A stretch of 48,081 nucleotides of DNA, taken from assembly GCA_002633005.1 (NCBI GenBank), contig NMRA01000037.1:543425-591505 (forward strand). Direction: 5' to 3'. Source of the stretch: Phoronis australis (taxonomy: Eukaryota > Animalia > Phoronida). The position numbers were made by a program, and so were the translations under genes. Positions 27,264-46,334 of the stretch are shown here, one piece after another. The notes below the pieces were generated by a model that searched no databases, was not told the origin of the DNA, and saw only the letters and a program-made list of their open reading frames with translations. Each line of letters starts with the position of its first letter. Position 1 is the stretch's first letter.

Positions 27264-27715
27264 CAAGGGACCTAAACTACACGGTCAACGGACTCACGTA
27301 AACACGAGCACAGACGCATGAACACGACTTACGGACCAGCAAACACTGTCCACTGACTCACACACACGGGAACGGGCTCACAAAACACGATCCACGCACC
27401 CAAATACACGGGACACTTACTCATGTTCACGAGGAAACACGGTCAACGGACCGCCAAACACGGGTCACGGACTCATCGGCTTCCTGGGTCAGCTGACATC
27501 TTCATTTTGTCCGTAAACCGTGTTCGGCGGTCCGTTAACCGTGTTTCCTCGAGAATACGAGTCCGTGATCCGTGTATTTGGGTGCGTGAATCGTGTTTTG
27601 TGAGTCCGTTCCCATGTTTGTGAGTCAGTGGACGGTGTTTGCAGGTCCGTTATTCGTGTTCATGCGTCCGTGCCCGTGTTTATGAGTCCGTTGACCGTGT
27701 AGTTTAGGTACCTTG
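27264..27715. mobile_element. Foldback-type MITE: ~205-bp inverted arms, 5-bp TSD
   Basis: CAAGGGACCTAAACTACACGGTCAACGGACTCA... mirrored by ...TGAGTCCGTTGACCGTGTAGTTTAGGTACCTTG; AAGTC on both flanks; arms built from short AAACACGG subrepeats. Confidence 0.88.
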
Positions 27716-28007
27716 AAGTCATAATAAGAAATATTAAAGATGCCTTCTACATTTCAAATGGTTACGATCACACATCTTCTGTGTTATTGTTATTGACCTG
27801 TCTTTGTTTCGATGATTGGTCAGTGTTGTGTGGGGGACGGAGAAAGACGTGAAAAGAATACTCCTCGTGCCTTACTGGCGGATCTTAGAATCCGTAAGGG
27901 GGGGGGAGAGGCAGATACGATTTGCGAAGGAAAAATGTCCGCATAGCACACCTTTTTAGTCGTGCTCGCTGGGGGAAGTGGTAGACTCAATTCCCCCCCC
28001 CCCCCCC

Positions 28008-28217
28008 NNNNNNNNNNNNNNNNNNNNNNNNNNNNNNNNNNNNNNNNNNNNNNNNNNNNNNNNNNNNNNNNNNNNNNNNNNNNNNNNNNNNNNNNNNNNN
28101 NNNNNNNNNNNNNNNNNNNNNNNNNNNNNNNNNNNNNNNNNNNNNNNNNNNNNNNNNNNNNNNNNNNNNNNNNNNNNNNNNNNNNNNNNNNNNNNNNNNN
28201 NNNNNNNNNNNNNNNNN
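28008..28217. other. Assembly gap (210 N) flanked by poly-C
   Basis: Run of N. Confidence 0.99.
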
Positions 28218-29660
28218 CCCCCCCCCCCTCCGATTACTCGCTTAACTGTGATTTGACGTCTCTGCGTTTGAGAAGTATTATCATGACAAATGTGTGCCCT
28301 GGATAGTTTGTGAATCAATCAAAAATCGATTTTGTACAAAATCCTATATACCACGCGTTAAATCGAACGGGCATGATCCTTCGATTGTCACACGCACTGC
28401 ATAGGGTAAGTCGATTTATTTATCCGTCGTTGTTGGTATTCTTCAAGTGGTATTAGAGTGCTCTATGTTTAGCGGATTCATTGACAAAAATTGTAGTGAC
28501 AGTAGTCCGAAAATGTTGGTTTCCATAGTTCACGGGGCGCGTTATCATGTTACCATCTGCTTGGAGTGGTAGATTGCCAACATCCGCTACTGGTGCAGAA
28601 GGCGGGACTTCCTCCCCCAGCTTGTATCGCTTGCGGTTTTACATTTCTATTATGGGTCAGAGTAGTTACAAAGTGGTCTTTTTAGCTGGCATATATGGTG
28701 ACCTCAATTTTCCTGTCGATGATATCAATGAACACATTTAGTTTTGTTCGAAAATGCATCAGGGCAACTATAGGATTTCCGATGCAGATTAAAAATGGCC
28801 GACACGGTGATAAAACGTTCGCATTAGAAAGCATTGGTAGGCTTAGTGTTGGTGGAAAGTTGAGTCAACTTCAACTTGAGACCAATCAAGCGAAATCTGC
28901 AAAACGTTGATCACCTCTTACAACAGTACAGATAATAAGACAGACAATTATTTCTTACACAAAATATTAGAACACAAAATATCCGAACAAATCTCTAGGA
29001 TAGTGTATATTGTCTCTAAACTCTAAAATAAAAATATTCGTATACAGAAAATAACTATGAAAATGGACCAATTATACGATGAACTTGAACTAAACGCGTC
29101 CATGTCAAACTGTAAACCGACACCTCGTAATTTCCCCTTCAGCTGCCACGGCCTAATTCAGAGAAAACCTGTAAAAGTAAAATACCGTGCAGAATGGACA
29201 GAGAGAAGGACGATTTTATGTCAACAACATGCAAAGTGTTGTAACTAAGTACTTAATGATAAAGTTTCTGGTTAGACTGCAAAGTATTTATATCAATCTG
29301 GCAAGTGGCTGAAAATTTCTTTAAGCTGCTAAAACATGTTCTGGGGTTAAAATTCACCTTTCTTCCTAAGTGCACGTGCCCTAACACTCACTGAAATCAA
29401 CGTGAAACTGAAATTGGTTGCCAACGCGTGGATTTATCCTAACGACCAGATTGTGAAACTAAACCTGAGCATTAACTGAAGAAATGATGACGTGCCACTT
29501 CATCTCGTCATGAATAAATCATTTCAAATACGAGTAAGAAAGAAGACGAAGCCGACGTTATTACAAGTGGCCTAAACGATAACATTATACTTGAACAGGA
29601 TGTGCGGTCTTATTGCACTTAAACCGTAAGGGTAGCGAATGCATAAAAAAACATATTACG

Positions 29661-29766
29661 CTGCTTTAACCTAGCAATCCGTTAAATACGGTAATTGGGT
29701 GCAGGGTAAAACATGCACTGTTTTAACCTAGCAATCCGTTAAAGGCGATAATTGGGTGCAGGGTAA
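29661..29766. repeat. 57-bp tandem duplication
   Basis: CTGYTTTAACCTAGCAATCCGTTAAA...TAATTGGGTGCAGGGTAA at 29661 and 29718. Confidence 0.9.
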
Positions 29767-32700
29767 CGCAACAAAACAAAAGTATTGGAGGTCAGACAGG
29801 ACCGGGGCTAATATTAGATTCGTGTTTCCTCAGAAAAGCAACACCACCGGGGTCAACACACAGGAAAGATAGCAGCAGTGTAAAAAGGTCCTAAGCATTG
29901 CTAGTGCTTGATATCTCATTTTGCGCGAAAGTTGACCCCGGCAGAAGAGTTAGTCAAGATTCTTTAGTAATAAACACATTCATCCGGGTGAACGCCCACG
30001 TTCAACAAAGAGTCTCTTGAAATGTCCAAATATTCACTTTTTAAGTTCATACTTTGCTTATGGCATTTTTTTCGCGCAAAACGTTCGCGAGGAACGCGCA
30101 ATTCGAATGGAGCACTAGCTTTACTCGCTAAATTCTCGAGTCGATGGAACGCAGGTTACGTTCCTCAAGTTTTCAGTGATGTCACCGGAAGTTTACGCGT
30201 CTCAGAATGCATTTCGAAAAAACGACAGCAGCGCCGTCGATGAGATTCCACAAACTTGAACTCCTAAAATGCCCGAAACTCGCTTACATTTGTACAACGA
30301 CTTGTCAGAGTTAAATTTAGATGCACCTGTTCTTATTCTCCAACTTACGCTTTAGTTGACATTTGCACGCGAGTCCTACTTATCCGAATTCACCATCCGG
30401 AAAAACGCCTAACCCTGACTTCAAAAAATTCAGGCGATTACAGTATGGTTTCCGCGAGAACAATCCACGAACCTCTTTTGTAAAAATCTTCATTCACATA
30501 ATCTGCATAATGAAGATTGAATCATTTCGATAATTTTGGACGGTACACTGATCACAATGTTACGAGAATGTCCTGAACGTTTAAGAGGCAACAAAGCTGG
30601 AGTTATGTATGACCATGTAAACTCAACTCTACAGACCAAGAACTATCCACAAACCTATTTGCCTGTGTTTGTCAACGCGCCTGCGCCGCCCCCATATCCA
30701 TATCCTTTCGGTCCAAACTCTCGCCCATAGCATCCTTTACAATAAATCTCGCCCACACCATCGTCCTGAGCCTTCCTCTCGGCAACTGTGTTGCTGTCCA
30801 AGCTTTTGTTGCAACTCTCTGTCGAAACACGTCGACAATGATTTTAATGAAACTGGGACGATCTGTTATTATAGCACTGTTGAAATCATTAGTGATTTAG
30901 TCGGGGCAGGAAGAAGTGTTTTAATACTTCCATATGTCAAAGAGCAGTGTGATTGCAGATTGCTTCACCTAGCTCCTTCAAATGTGTCTACGATGAAATT
31001 GAGAATCCATTGGGATGAAGAAATTAAGACAACCTATCGAAACATTCAAACACGATTTCTCAAGTCGCTTCCTTTCCCGTTTGGTAATGGAGTGGCAGCC
31101 ATGATACATAGAACGAGTCCGAGAAAACAAGCGTTCATGTGACGAATGGTAATTTTCAACCGCCAAGCAAGTGAAAACTGTCACACCTTAAGCAATCCTG
31201 CCAGTATGCAAGAAGTGTTTAAAATACACCTGTCCATATCTTTTTGAGCTATTCTTTTTTTAAAATGTGTCGCACAGTTGACATTGATAATTGCCAAATC
31301 ACTTGTTATATATTTTCTGTAAATTACATTGGTGTAAAACCAAGACGGTTGTACTGGCATTCTCAGCCTGAAACAAGCAAATCCAAACATAAACGACGTT
31401 TTTCGAGGAAATAATTAAGTGAAAACATATGTGTCAGATTGAGCTCATACGTAAAGACTGTTTTCCTACACTGCATCTACTGTTTTGGCCTCTTTAACGG
31501 CCGCTTTATTTCGAAATGAGGTGAAGCTCCTACACCGTTGAGCACGATATCAATCGGCACTCGTTAGTATACGAGTGATAGAAGCTAGTGGAAAACCTAT
31601 GGATTGTCGCATTTCTGCACTTTGTGGGGATGAAGCCCTACCACTAGCGTTTTGAATAGGGCCTATCCACTATGTAGTTGGGGTTTACCCAAATTATTTA
31701 TCCGCTCTGTCGTGTGGTTTTCGCTCGACTTTTTCTTCCCTTTTGATTGGCAGAAAAACGCTTTTAAATTTCTTCACCATCACCACACCCTACGCATCAA
31801 TCTACCAACTAACAAGCGATAGACAAACTTTGTACAGACTTTCTGGAATTCTGATCGAATCTGACCTGTTCCACAGAACGGTGAAAAAGGGTCATTGTCC
31901 GCTACAGAGAACTAATTTGATGCTCGTTATTTAGTGGAGAAAGTGGGCTCCCAAAATGTGGGACCCCTGTATGAGACTAGTTCCAGACATCTGCTCACAA
32001 GCACGCATAAGATAATTACGCACTACATGTAAAACATCCTCGCTTGTGCCAGCTCCCTCCAGCGGCGATGATCTCTTCGTTCGAATACACTGTCTTTCCA
32101 CAACGCCCGCACTTCTTTCCGCCTCCCCAGTTTGGCATAATGTCAGATCTGTAAACACACATGTACAACTATTGTAAACCAGATTGCGCTCACTGGCCCA
32201 AGTGAAAGGCGCGAAAGGCGAGATCACGCAAGTCTTCACGAGACATGCATTACAACAGAAGCACGTGACTGCACTAGAATTTCTCGGCCAATTCAAAGGG
32301 CATAATCGGGGGAGCCAAAAATTTAAAATTATTGAAATTACTGTGTCCAATTCCGCATTATCATTAACGCAAGACCCTTTCAACTTTATATAAAGTCATT
32401 CCTATTCATTTTAGTTGATTTACTTCGGAATAAATTAAGACTGTATAGACGGTAAGTCAACGACACTCGAACACATCGTACGTTAAAACGACCGGCGCAA
32501 AGTTATTTACTAGCGGTGAACGTGAAGTTTTTTTGTGGCATTTCTTCCCTGACGGCACAGACGGTGTCTGGAACGCACAGACGACGGGGGTAGGGCAAAA
32601 AACGGGTAGCGCAAAATTGATGGAGGAAATCTCCCCGCCCGTGATGCCACACGTCGGGATGCCGCCTGCCTGGGGCAGACCGTACCTGCAAGCCACAAAA

Positions 32701-35700
32701 CCGCGTCATTTTCAAGATTACTGAAGTTGTTGACAACTTCAGCCTGATACGCCCGAGGAACGGCACGGTTATTCGCCTTTATATGAGGGGTAGGGCCCGC
32801 CAAAGCAATTTCGTTCAAAGTTATTTCCAAAAAGTAAACGGGGCAAATGTCAAGAGCTCTATGACTCACTAGGGGCAGACGTGATACTCCAGGCATCCTT
32901 ATACTTGTCCTGTTGATTTCCTCTTTTGTTAAACACAGATATTACTTTTCAAGACACTTTTAGTTGTGAATAAATCGGCCGCAGTCCGATGGGATTACTT
33001 CCCGCCAAAAATTTCCAAGACAATTTCAATCCGAAATAGTGACGGGAAAGGCAGTCAAAAGTTTCACGACGGTGCAACTGCATGGTATATTTAGCTAATC
33101 AACTGTCTGGACTCAAAACGAGTCCCGAAAGACGTTTTTCGGATCGTGCACACATAAGCACAGCACACTGGCCTCGATCACTGGCAGCAGAGAACGTTGA
33201 CATATGTTCCAGGCTGATAAATTAATAGCAACCCTGTATCTCATGGCGTAAGATATGATATAAACACGTACGCCAATCATCATCAATGGAAAACTAGTGC
33301 GGCATTCCATTTGGTCGATAACAAAAATCGACTGTGATGGCATTTCAGGCTATTAGCTGTAACCTAGTACAGTGCGGGTGCCAAAAATATACACACAGTC
33401 ACTGTCAGATAGATAGTACCACAGCCCGAAACTGGTCTGTCCGGTTTCCATTCATTCATTGCAAATAGAGTAGAGTTAAATCGTAAAAGCTGCGACATTA
33501 GATTGTCATAATGAATCTGAAAATATGCTGGTCATTGGAACGATAGATAGGTCAACATGAATTTCAGGCAAAACAAAATTCTGATTTCAAAGTCTATAAC
33601 ACGTACCACCAGGTACGATAATATGGCCCCGCCCATTAATTGCCATTTCTTCAATGGGCACTTGTTACAAGCTTGAAGGTGGGCTCATTTATTATTGCAT
33701 TTTACTGAAGGTCACACGGGGGTCATGCAGTATATAAATCATGGAACGAAATAGCTGCTGTCAGCTAATCAGTTTACAATGAAATCTGTCTAGATTACTC
33801 GAGTTGAGATTTCACAGGTTAATTTGAACATCGGGTCTGATGTTTCGACATAACATTCCAAACACACTGTCAATACGATAACAGTCAAGTGCTCCTCATT
33901 AGACAAACCGTGTCCACGCCCTCAACTGTGTACATTCGACCAATGTGTATTGAACAGCGTTGAAAATCAACAAGTGTCATTCTCATGCCCGATTAAGCGC
34001 TCACTACAGGTAAAAACTCATCATCGCTAACTCGACTCGCGGAGGACGTGAGCAACGACAGTGGTTAGGGAAAATTGGGATTTCTAGCTGTACACCAGTC
34101 ATGTTCGGGATGACATTGTTTTGTTTAAGTGGCTATTCAAACACTTTAAAAGGTTCTTAAAGCTGGACCGATATTATCACCACAAGAGACATGCGTGCCA
34201 CGTAGCAATCACCGACCAATTACGCAGCCAACCTTTCTTTTAGCGACCGTTTAAAAACGGTGGCGAAAAGAAGCTCATTCGGTGGCACTGTCTATATTAT
34301 GGCCTGCCACCATTACGCTCACAATTATCGGGATAACTCAGAGTGATGACGTAAATGACTGACACGCAACACTTGCATATAATTATTTAAGTCACCAGCC
34401 AACCTGATGACCAAATTAGGAAGCATAATAACTTGCGCTTTTGAAGAGGCCGAAACGAGTAAGCTCGACCACATCTCAACTACACGTACACAACCAGTAG
34501 AAAAAAATATCGGCGCAACTCAAGACAAATCAATCTAGCAACACGCCAGTCACGAATGCGTACAATGCAGTTGCCTAGTAGTACAATGATAGTGGCATGA
34601 TCTAAACACATTGACTGTGATATTGTCCCTAACTCATGTTTATCACAAACTACAGTTTATCAAGCGTGACAAGATCAAAACTGTTGTAACTCTGCTTACT
34701 AGTCGGGCTCACTTGTTGACTTACGCAGTCTTCTTTCTTGCCTTGTTTGAAGCGCAAAGATGTCCAGCAGCGAATGAGTCAGTGCTGTGTGTTGGACGTG
34801 ACAGAAATGTACGGTAACGCCAATAAGACACAAAATATATTTTTTTTGCAATTTTGTATTTTTATTAGCACCGAGCTCTGGAGTAGAATGCCAACTTCGA
34901 TCAGACTCTGCTGAGGTGGCGCCACGCATGCATGGGTACTTGTTTCCATTCATTTATTCCGGTACTGTTTCTTGTTATGGAATACAGGGCTTAGGGTGGA
35001 ATTATTGTTTTGTGTCAATATAGTGTATGTTTAGAACAATTACCAACGAAAACTTTTTCAGAACAGCTATCATTCACGTTTTTGCATTACTTTGCGATCT
35101 AATGACTCCACACATTGTGAAACGGAGGATCATCTGAATTGCGATTCAGAGATTCGGGAAGCCAGCCGTGTGTACAACCGCTGCCAAGCTGACCGACGAA
35201 ACGGAGAAAGCCCAACATGGGACTGAGACGTACTGAGATAATGTCGAAAGATTACAATTTCCTGAATATATACCTACATGATCAAGCATCTTCTGAACCT
35301 AATGCGATACCAAAATCATGTACCTAGGGCAAATAAGAACAGAATACATTTTTAGCACTGGACCAATAGGAATAGTGCCACCTCATAACTGTGACTTAAA
35401 CGTTCCACAACTTCGCCGTTTTTAACCGAACTGTATATGAGCCATGTCATTAGAAAGCTCTTTATGAGGTCATGAAAGTGTGTGATTACACCGCAATAAT
35501 AATAATTACTATTATTTACATATCTCACATGATAATTTTTTTGATTCTAAAAACCAAGAGTGTTACCAAAATGTGAAAAATAAGTAATTAAATAATCAAA
35601 TCCTTCATACATTAATTGGTTGATTAATTAATTAATTATTCAACTAATTAAGTTGTAATATCAATTAATTTAGGGTTAAGAAAATGAACCAGAGATTTAG

Positions 35701-38359
35701 GCTCTATATAAATGACTAATAATACTAGCAGGGAAATAGTTTCAGTGATTCAAAAGATTGCTACCTGATAAAGACAAATATTTTAGAATATGGATCCTCA
35801 AAGTTGCTTTGAATAGTCAGGCATTCATCCAAAATAGTATGTCTTTATATACCGATTTGACCTTTGATGCTGTTTGCTGCAATTGCATTTTTCAGTAAAA
35901 ATTCAGTATGCAAATTCTTTTACAAAAAATTAGTAAACTAAATTACTCAAACTACCTGTGGGAAATTCGCAGATAAGGGTTTCTTGATAGACAAAATTGG
36001 GCAAACATGTATTGTGTAGCTTTGGAATATACAGTCGATAGCTTATTACATTGGTTGCGCTGTAATACTGGTACATGTACGTGGTGTGCCACCGTAAATC
36101 AGAGACACTGGAAAAAATTTTTACTATATGTCATGTTACTAAAGAAAATAGACTCTGGAAAGCAATAATATTCATAACAAAAAGGAATGATGGTGTAAAG
36201 GGTTGGAGGGGAGAATTTAAAAATGGAGCAGTCAGTCCGCCTAGAGCCGGGGACTGTTGGCAAGTACACTCTCGGGGACATAAAGTATATTTTAATTTTA
36301 TTTTACAAGCGTGCATTTTATTAATAGAATTTTAGTCACCATTTGAACGAAGAAATATCAAAAAGTACGCGTTTTGTCGATGAGAAGAACTGGATGTCTT
36401 TCATAACCACCATACATTAGACAACAATAGAACCCAGGCTAGAGGTCAGTAACACTATGACCTCGCTAAAAAGCAAGACTCCAAGCTATTACGAGAATTA
36501 TTGCCGTGCATTTCAAATGAGAACGCGTGATTTTGGCTAGGTTATATAGAGGTCCTGGCGTAGGTCCTAGCGTTACTGAACTCTACCCAGTTGCATGTAA
36601 ATACCAAAACCATTCATAAAACAACGATTAGCCTCCGTGCAGTTGTGTCTGACCACCTCGATCACAGAGGGCAATGTCCTCACCGAGGGGTACATGCCCA
36701 GCAAACCTAAGGGGGCTCAAAGTTTTCTGATCTGATTCTTACGAAATGGATTACTTTATGGGTTAAGAATTTTTTTAAAGGGTCCATTATATGAAACGGA
36801 AATCGAACGAAGAGCTTCATATTCTATTTGACTGTTGTGCTTTGTTTTCTAAAGACTTATTACGACAGTAAACCTTTTCAGACGTTAAAGTCTTGAAAAA
36901 TGTTTACTTGCAGCTTGGAAACGATTTACGCTCATTGTTATGCGAACAGAAATTTGTTAAGGCGAAACTTCCAATACTTTGTAACAATCATTCTATTGCT
37001 ATATTCGTATTTTTTTCAAAGAGTGGAGCTCGATTCCTTGACATGTGGAGCCAACTAAAGTTTGTACGAGTAAATGACCGGTATTTGTCGTGCTAACCCC
37101 CCCATAAAACTCCCCACAACATAAAAATATTGGAGCGATGCGCTTGAGTAAATAGGTTACAAAAGGCACAATAACATCGGATTCCTCTAGTTTGTGAGTC
37201 GAGTCATATGTCAGGGCTGGCTAGTACCCACAGAGTCGGCGATGGTCACTCGAACACATGTTTCTTGAGTGACCCCAGGCCTACACAAAGCATTACACAG
37301 GCAATGCAAAATTACAATAGCATAATGCTGAAAACAGCGGGGAATTCCGAGCTCTGTCGTTACTGAGTTCTGCCCGGTTTATTGTGAAAAGGCGGATTAC
37401 TTGTATCAGGAGAAAACTTGATACTCTCTCTTGATGAATTATGAACTGTCTGCCTACATATTGTCGGGAGACCTAACTGCGAAAGTAAAAGCAGACAACA
37501 TCTGTTACATATGATGTCAATGGCAGGCGGATCCAGGGGAGAGTTTCAGAGACCAGGACACCGCCCCCTGTTTTAGCCAAAGCGGGGAACATAACAAAGG
37601 AAAATATACGAATTCTCTTTTTTTCATTTCTATAGACTGCTGGGCACAGAGATCACGACGCTTAATCTCATTGCTATTTTTCTATACATTGTTTGTGTCA
37701 TAGAATTTTCCATTCAGATTGTTTTACCTGGGCATCCCCTGCAAGTTAGATCCTATCTCCATCGGTACACGGTCACGAGTACAATTAGTCATGGCGGTGC
37801 TTGAGGCGTTTTGTAAGGCTTGAATTTTTCCCTTATTTTGTCGTAAACTCCGAACTCTGCAGTAGGGGAAGGACTGACACACGCCCGGGAGTCCATGAAC
37901 AACTCAAAGTTCTGACAAATTACCCCCACACAACAGAGGGTGCTGTTCGCCACGTATTGCAATTACGATGTAAGGGCGGTGAGAGCAGTGTTGTTGCCAT
38001 TTACTTCCTGAATGATTTTCCAAAGAAAAAAATCCTTCAAAGAAAAAATCGGAAAATGGTTGCGCATCATGTTCTGCATCGTACATCAAACAAGGCAAAT
38101 GCAGTCGAAATATAATGTCAATTAATTTGTTTCATTTGAAAACAATAGCCTTGTCCTTGGTAAAACTTGACAACGTTTCCCTCCCGGAAAATCTCTTGGG
38201 CGTTTAATATCTATTACAGTAAGTTTATCCCGTGTCAACTAGGCTACAATACTGTAATATATGACTAATAAATCTATGCTGCGTTATCACCACCAAACAC
38301 TCCCACAACGTTGGTTGGATTCCATTGCGCATGCGTTATGTCACTGTCCCCTTTTGTCA

Positions 38360-38447
38360 CTGTTCCGCTGCAGTTCGTTACAGGTAGCTTCATTGTGTGC
38401 CTGGCTTTTTGCTTAGAACGCTGTCACTTATCACAGTGAAAACACAG
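38360..38447 (+). other. Probable non-coding 5' exon of the transgelin-like gene (start approximate)
   Basis: Strong donor CAG|gtaagg at 38448; the first coding exon has an acceptor (40415-40416) only 8 nt before ATG, so an upstream exon is required. Confidence 0.45.
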
Positions 38448-39016
38448 GTAAGGGAATCTGTTTTTCAATTTGTCCAGGTGAGAAAGTGGTCCACGTCACG
38501 GTCACCTGTCTGTTCGTCGGTACAATTTCTCCCGCGGAAAAGGAATTAGGTGTGGTTTATTTTCGGCGCCTGAGTTTTGTCTAGAACTTGTTTCTTGCCA
38601 ATAGGGCGCGGGTTTGGTGTCTGCTGGTCTGTGCCTGTAGTTAAGAGGATCGCAGCTATTAAAGACGCTGCAACTGGAATGGTTTCTAACCACACATGGA
38701 TAAAACCTGCAAGACCTCGGTTACAATATTTTTATGAGGGTTACATCAACTTCCTTTGAAATATACTTTTCAATCACTTCACAGACTGCGTAACGATGAA
38801 TATACAAGTTGCATGAGTAGCAAAAAGGGCGTGGCGCTATTACCAGTAAAAACAGAAAGCACGAACTTATACAGCCCCGGATTTTAGTACTGATCAATTC
38901 GCGGCTGACCCGGCCCGCCAATGCACCTCGGATTTATCGCCGTGAGCTTATATAATACTTTAAGTGGTGTCGCCAATGTCCTGTATGTAGCTCAGTGTAA
39001 ACGTACAGATATCAAA

Positions 39017-39026
39017 CCATATATGG
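39017..39026. promoter_or_regulatory. CArG box (candidate SRF site) CCATATATGG
   Basis: Perfect CC(A/T)6GG about 1.4 kb upstream of the transgelin-like ATG; a second one, CCAAATTAGG, at 34411-34420. Confidence 0.4.
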
Positions 39027-39889
39027 TTATGTTTTGAAATCCTTCAACCTTTGTGGTTTTAGCGATCAAGCTAACTAAGCTTGTCTTTTCAAACTTGTCG
39101 TACAAGTCATTTGACCTCTGCTGACTAAAGCGAACTATTTGCGAGTTATTCATTAATGACCTATTGTCGCCCAGTTATTTCCTACCAAGTTGGGGATTGT
39201 TGACCTTATTTGCGGAGACGTCAGCTTATTTGTCTAGAGGTCACGTTAAACCAGCCAATATTACAATGCAAGCTGATGACGCCCGGATGTCACAGGAGAT
39301 GATGAGTCATTTAATGACGTTGGATGTGTTCAATAATATTTCCATAACTTGACCTCGATAGTACTGGCATACCAAACAACTAGCTGGTGAGTCCCGCAGT
39401 GCTGCAAATTCAGAGGTGGGTAAACGCCCTTATAGTCTAGTTGCGGCCTGTCGGCCCAGAAATGTAAAGGTGTTATGAACGGGCTCAAGCTGCTTGACCA
39501 TGCGACTAAGATTATTATGTGAGATAGTGGTGTTTTGCCGTTGACAGAGGCTGAGAAGTGGTTCTATGGCTATGAAGGAGAGGAATGATCGTTACTGTTT
39601 GAGAACGTGTTGAGGGTATAAATTAATTACCCTAGGCGAGAATTCAACTTGTTAATACAGGTCGCAACGACTACTCATGTCCATGCTTTTGGTTAGAGAT
39701 GCGATGAGATCAAGTTCGTGGGTGAAAGTGATTTTAACCAAAGGGTTGTGGAAGGCCGATGGGCCAGTTTAAGCAAGTAAAAAATCGCACTGAGACCCGT
39801 TTACTGTCGTTTAATTGTTAGAAGGATGCCGGTTGCGTCGCGTTAACAAATTCTAAAAATGACGTTGCCATCTAGTCCTCTAAAACAAA

Positions 39890-40121
39890 ACTGTAATCTT
39901 CGACAACCCTCAAGTATTTCGAGCAAAATTCGAAAATTCTTTACAAATTCTGCTAAAGGGGGAAGCGAGACATACGCTTTAGGCGAGTTACACAACAACT
40001 GTTGTGGAAGACCGTCCACCAAGAACGATTAATATCCTTATTATCTGTTACAAAGAAAATACGAATTTTTAAATTCAACGCTGCATTTATCACTCGAGCG
40101 GGAAGCCAGTGGTGCTTTAGC
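39890..40121 (+). repeat. Dispersed repeat fragment, copy 2 (homologous to 21480..21716)
   Basis: Same colinear blocks as copy 1, heavily diverged. Confidence 0.7.
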
Positions 40122-40424
40122 ACTGTGTTCTGTGTTCTCAGTGACTGAATAACGTCAGTGCAATATCACATAGTTTCGATTATTTTGTCGTCTTGTTCAT
40201 TTTTGTTATCTGCAGATTCTCCTATTAATTATTTTCTTTCTATGTGAGGTCCACGTTCCAGCTTTGTTATTATTATTATATTCCTGTGCGGTATGTAACT
40301 GATTATGTAAATGGCATTTGGGTAATGAAAAACCACCTAGATTATTCAAATTAAGGAGTTTTTAGAGGGAAATGTTTTACGTGTACCTTAATCAACGACA
40401 ATATTTCTATTTTCAGACATCACA

Positions 40425-46334
<5,910 letters not shown>

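Noticed and set aside
27956-28318. ORFs across the N gap
   Set aside because: Artefacts of N bases and flanking poly-C.
30536-32896. Longer intergenic ORFs (157, 150 and 128 aa)
   Set aside because: No recognisable domain or consistent exon chain; lengths are compatible with chance.
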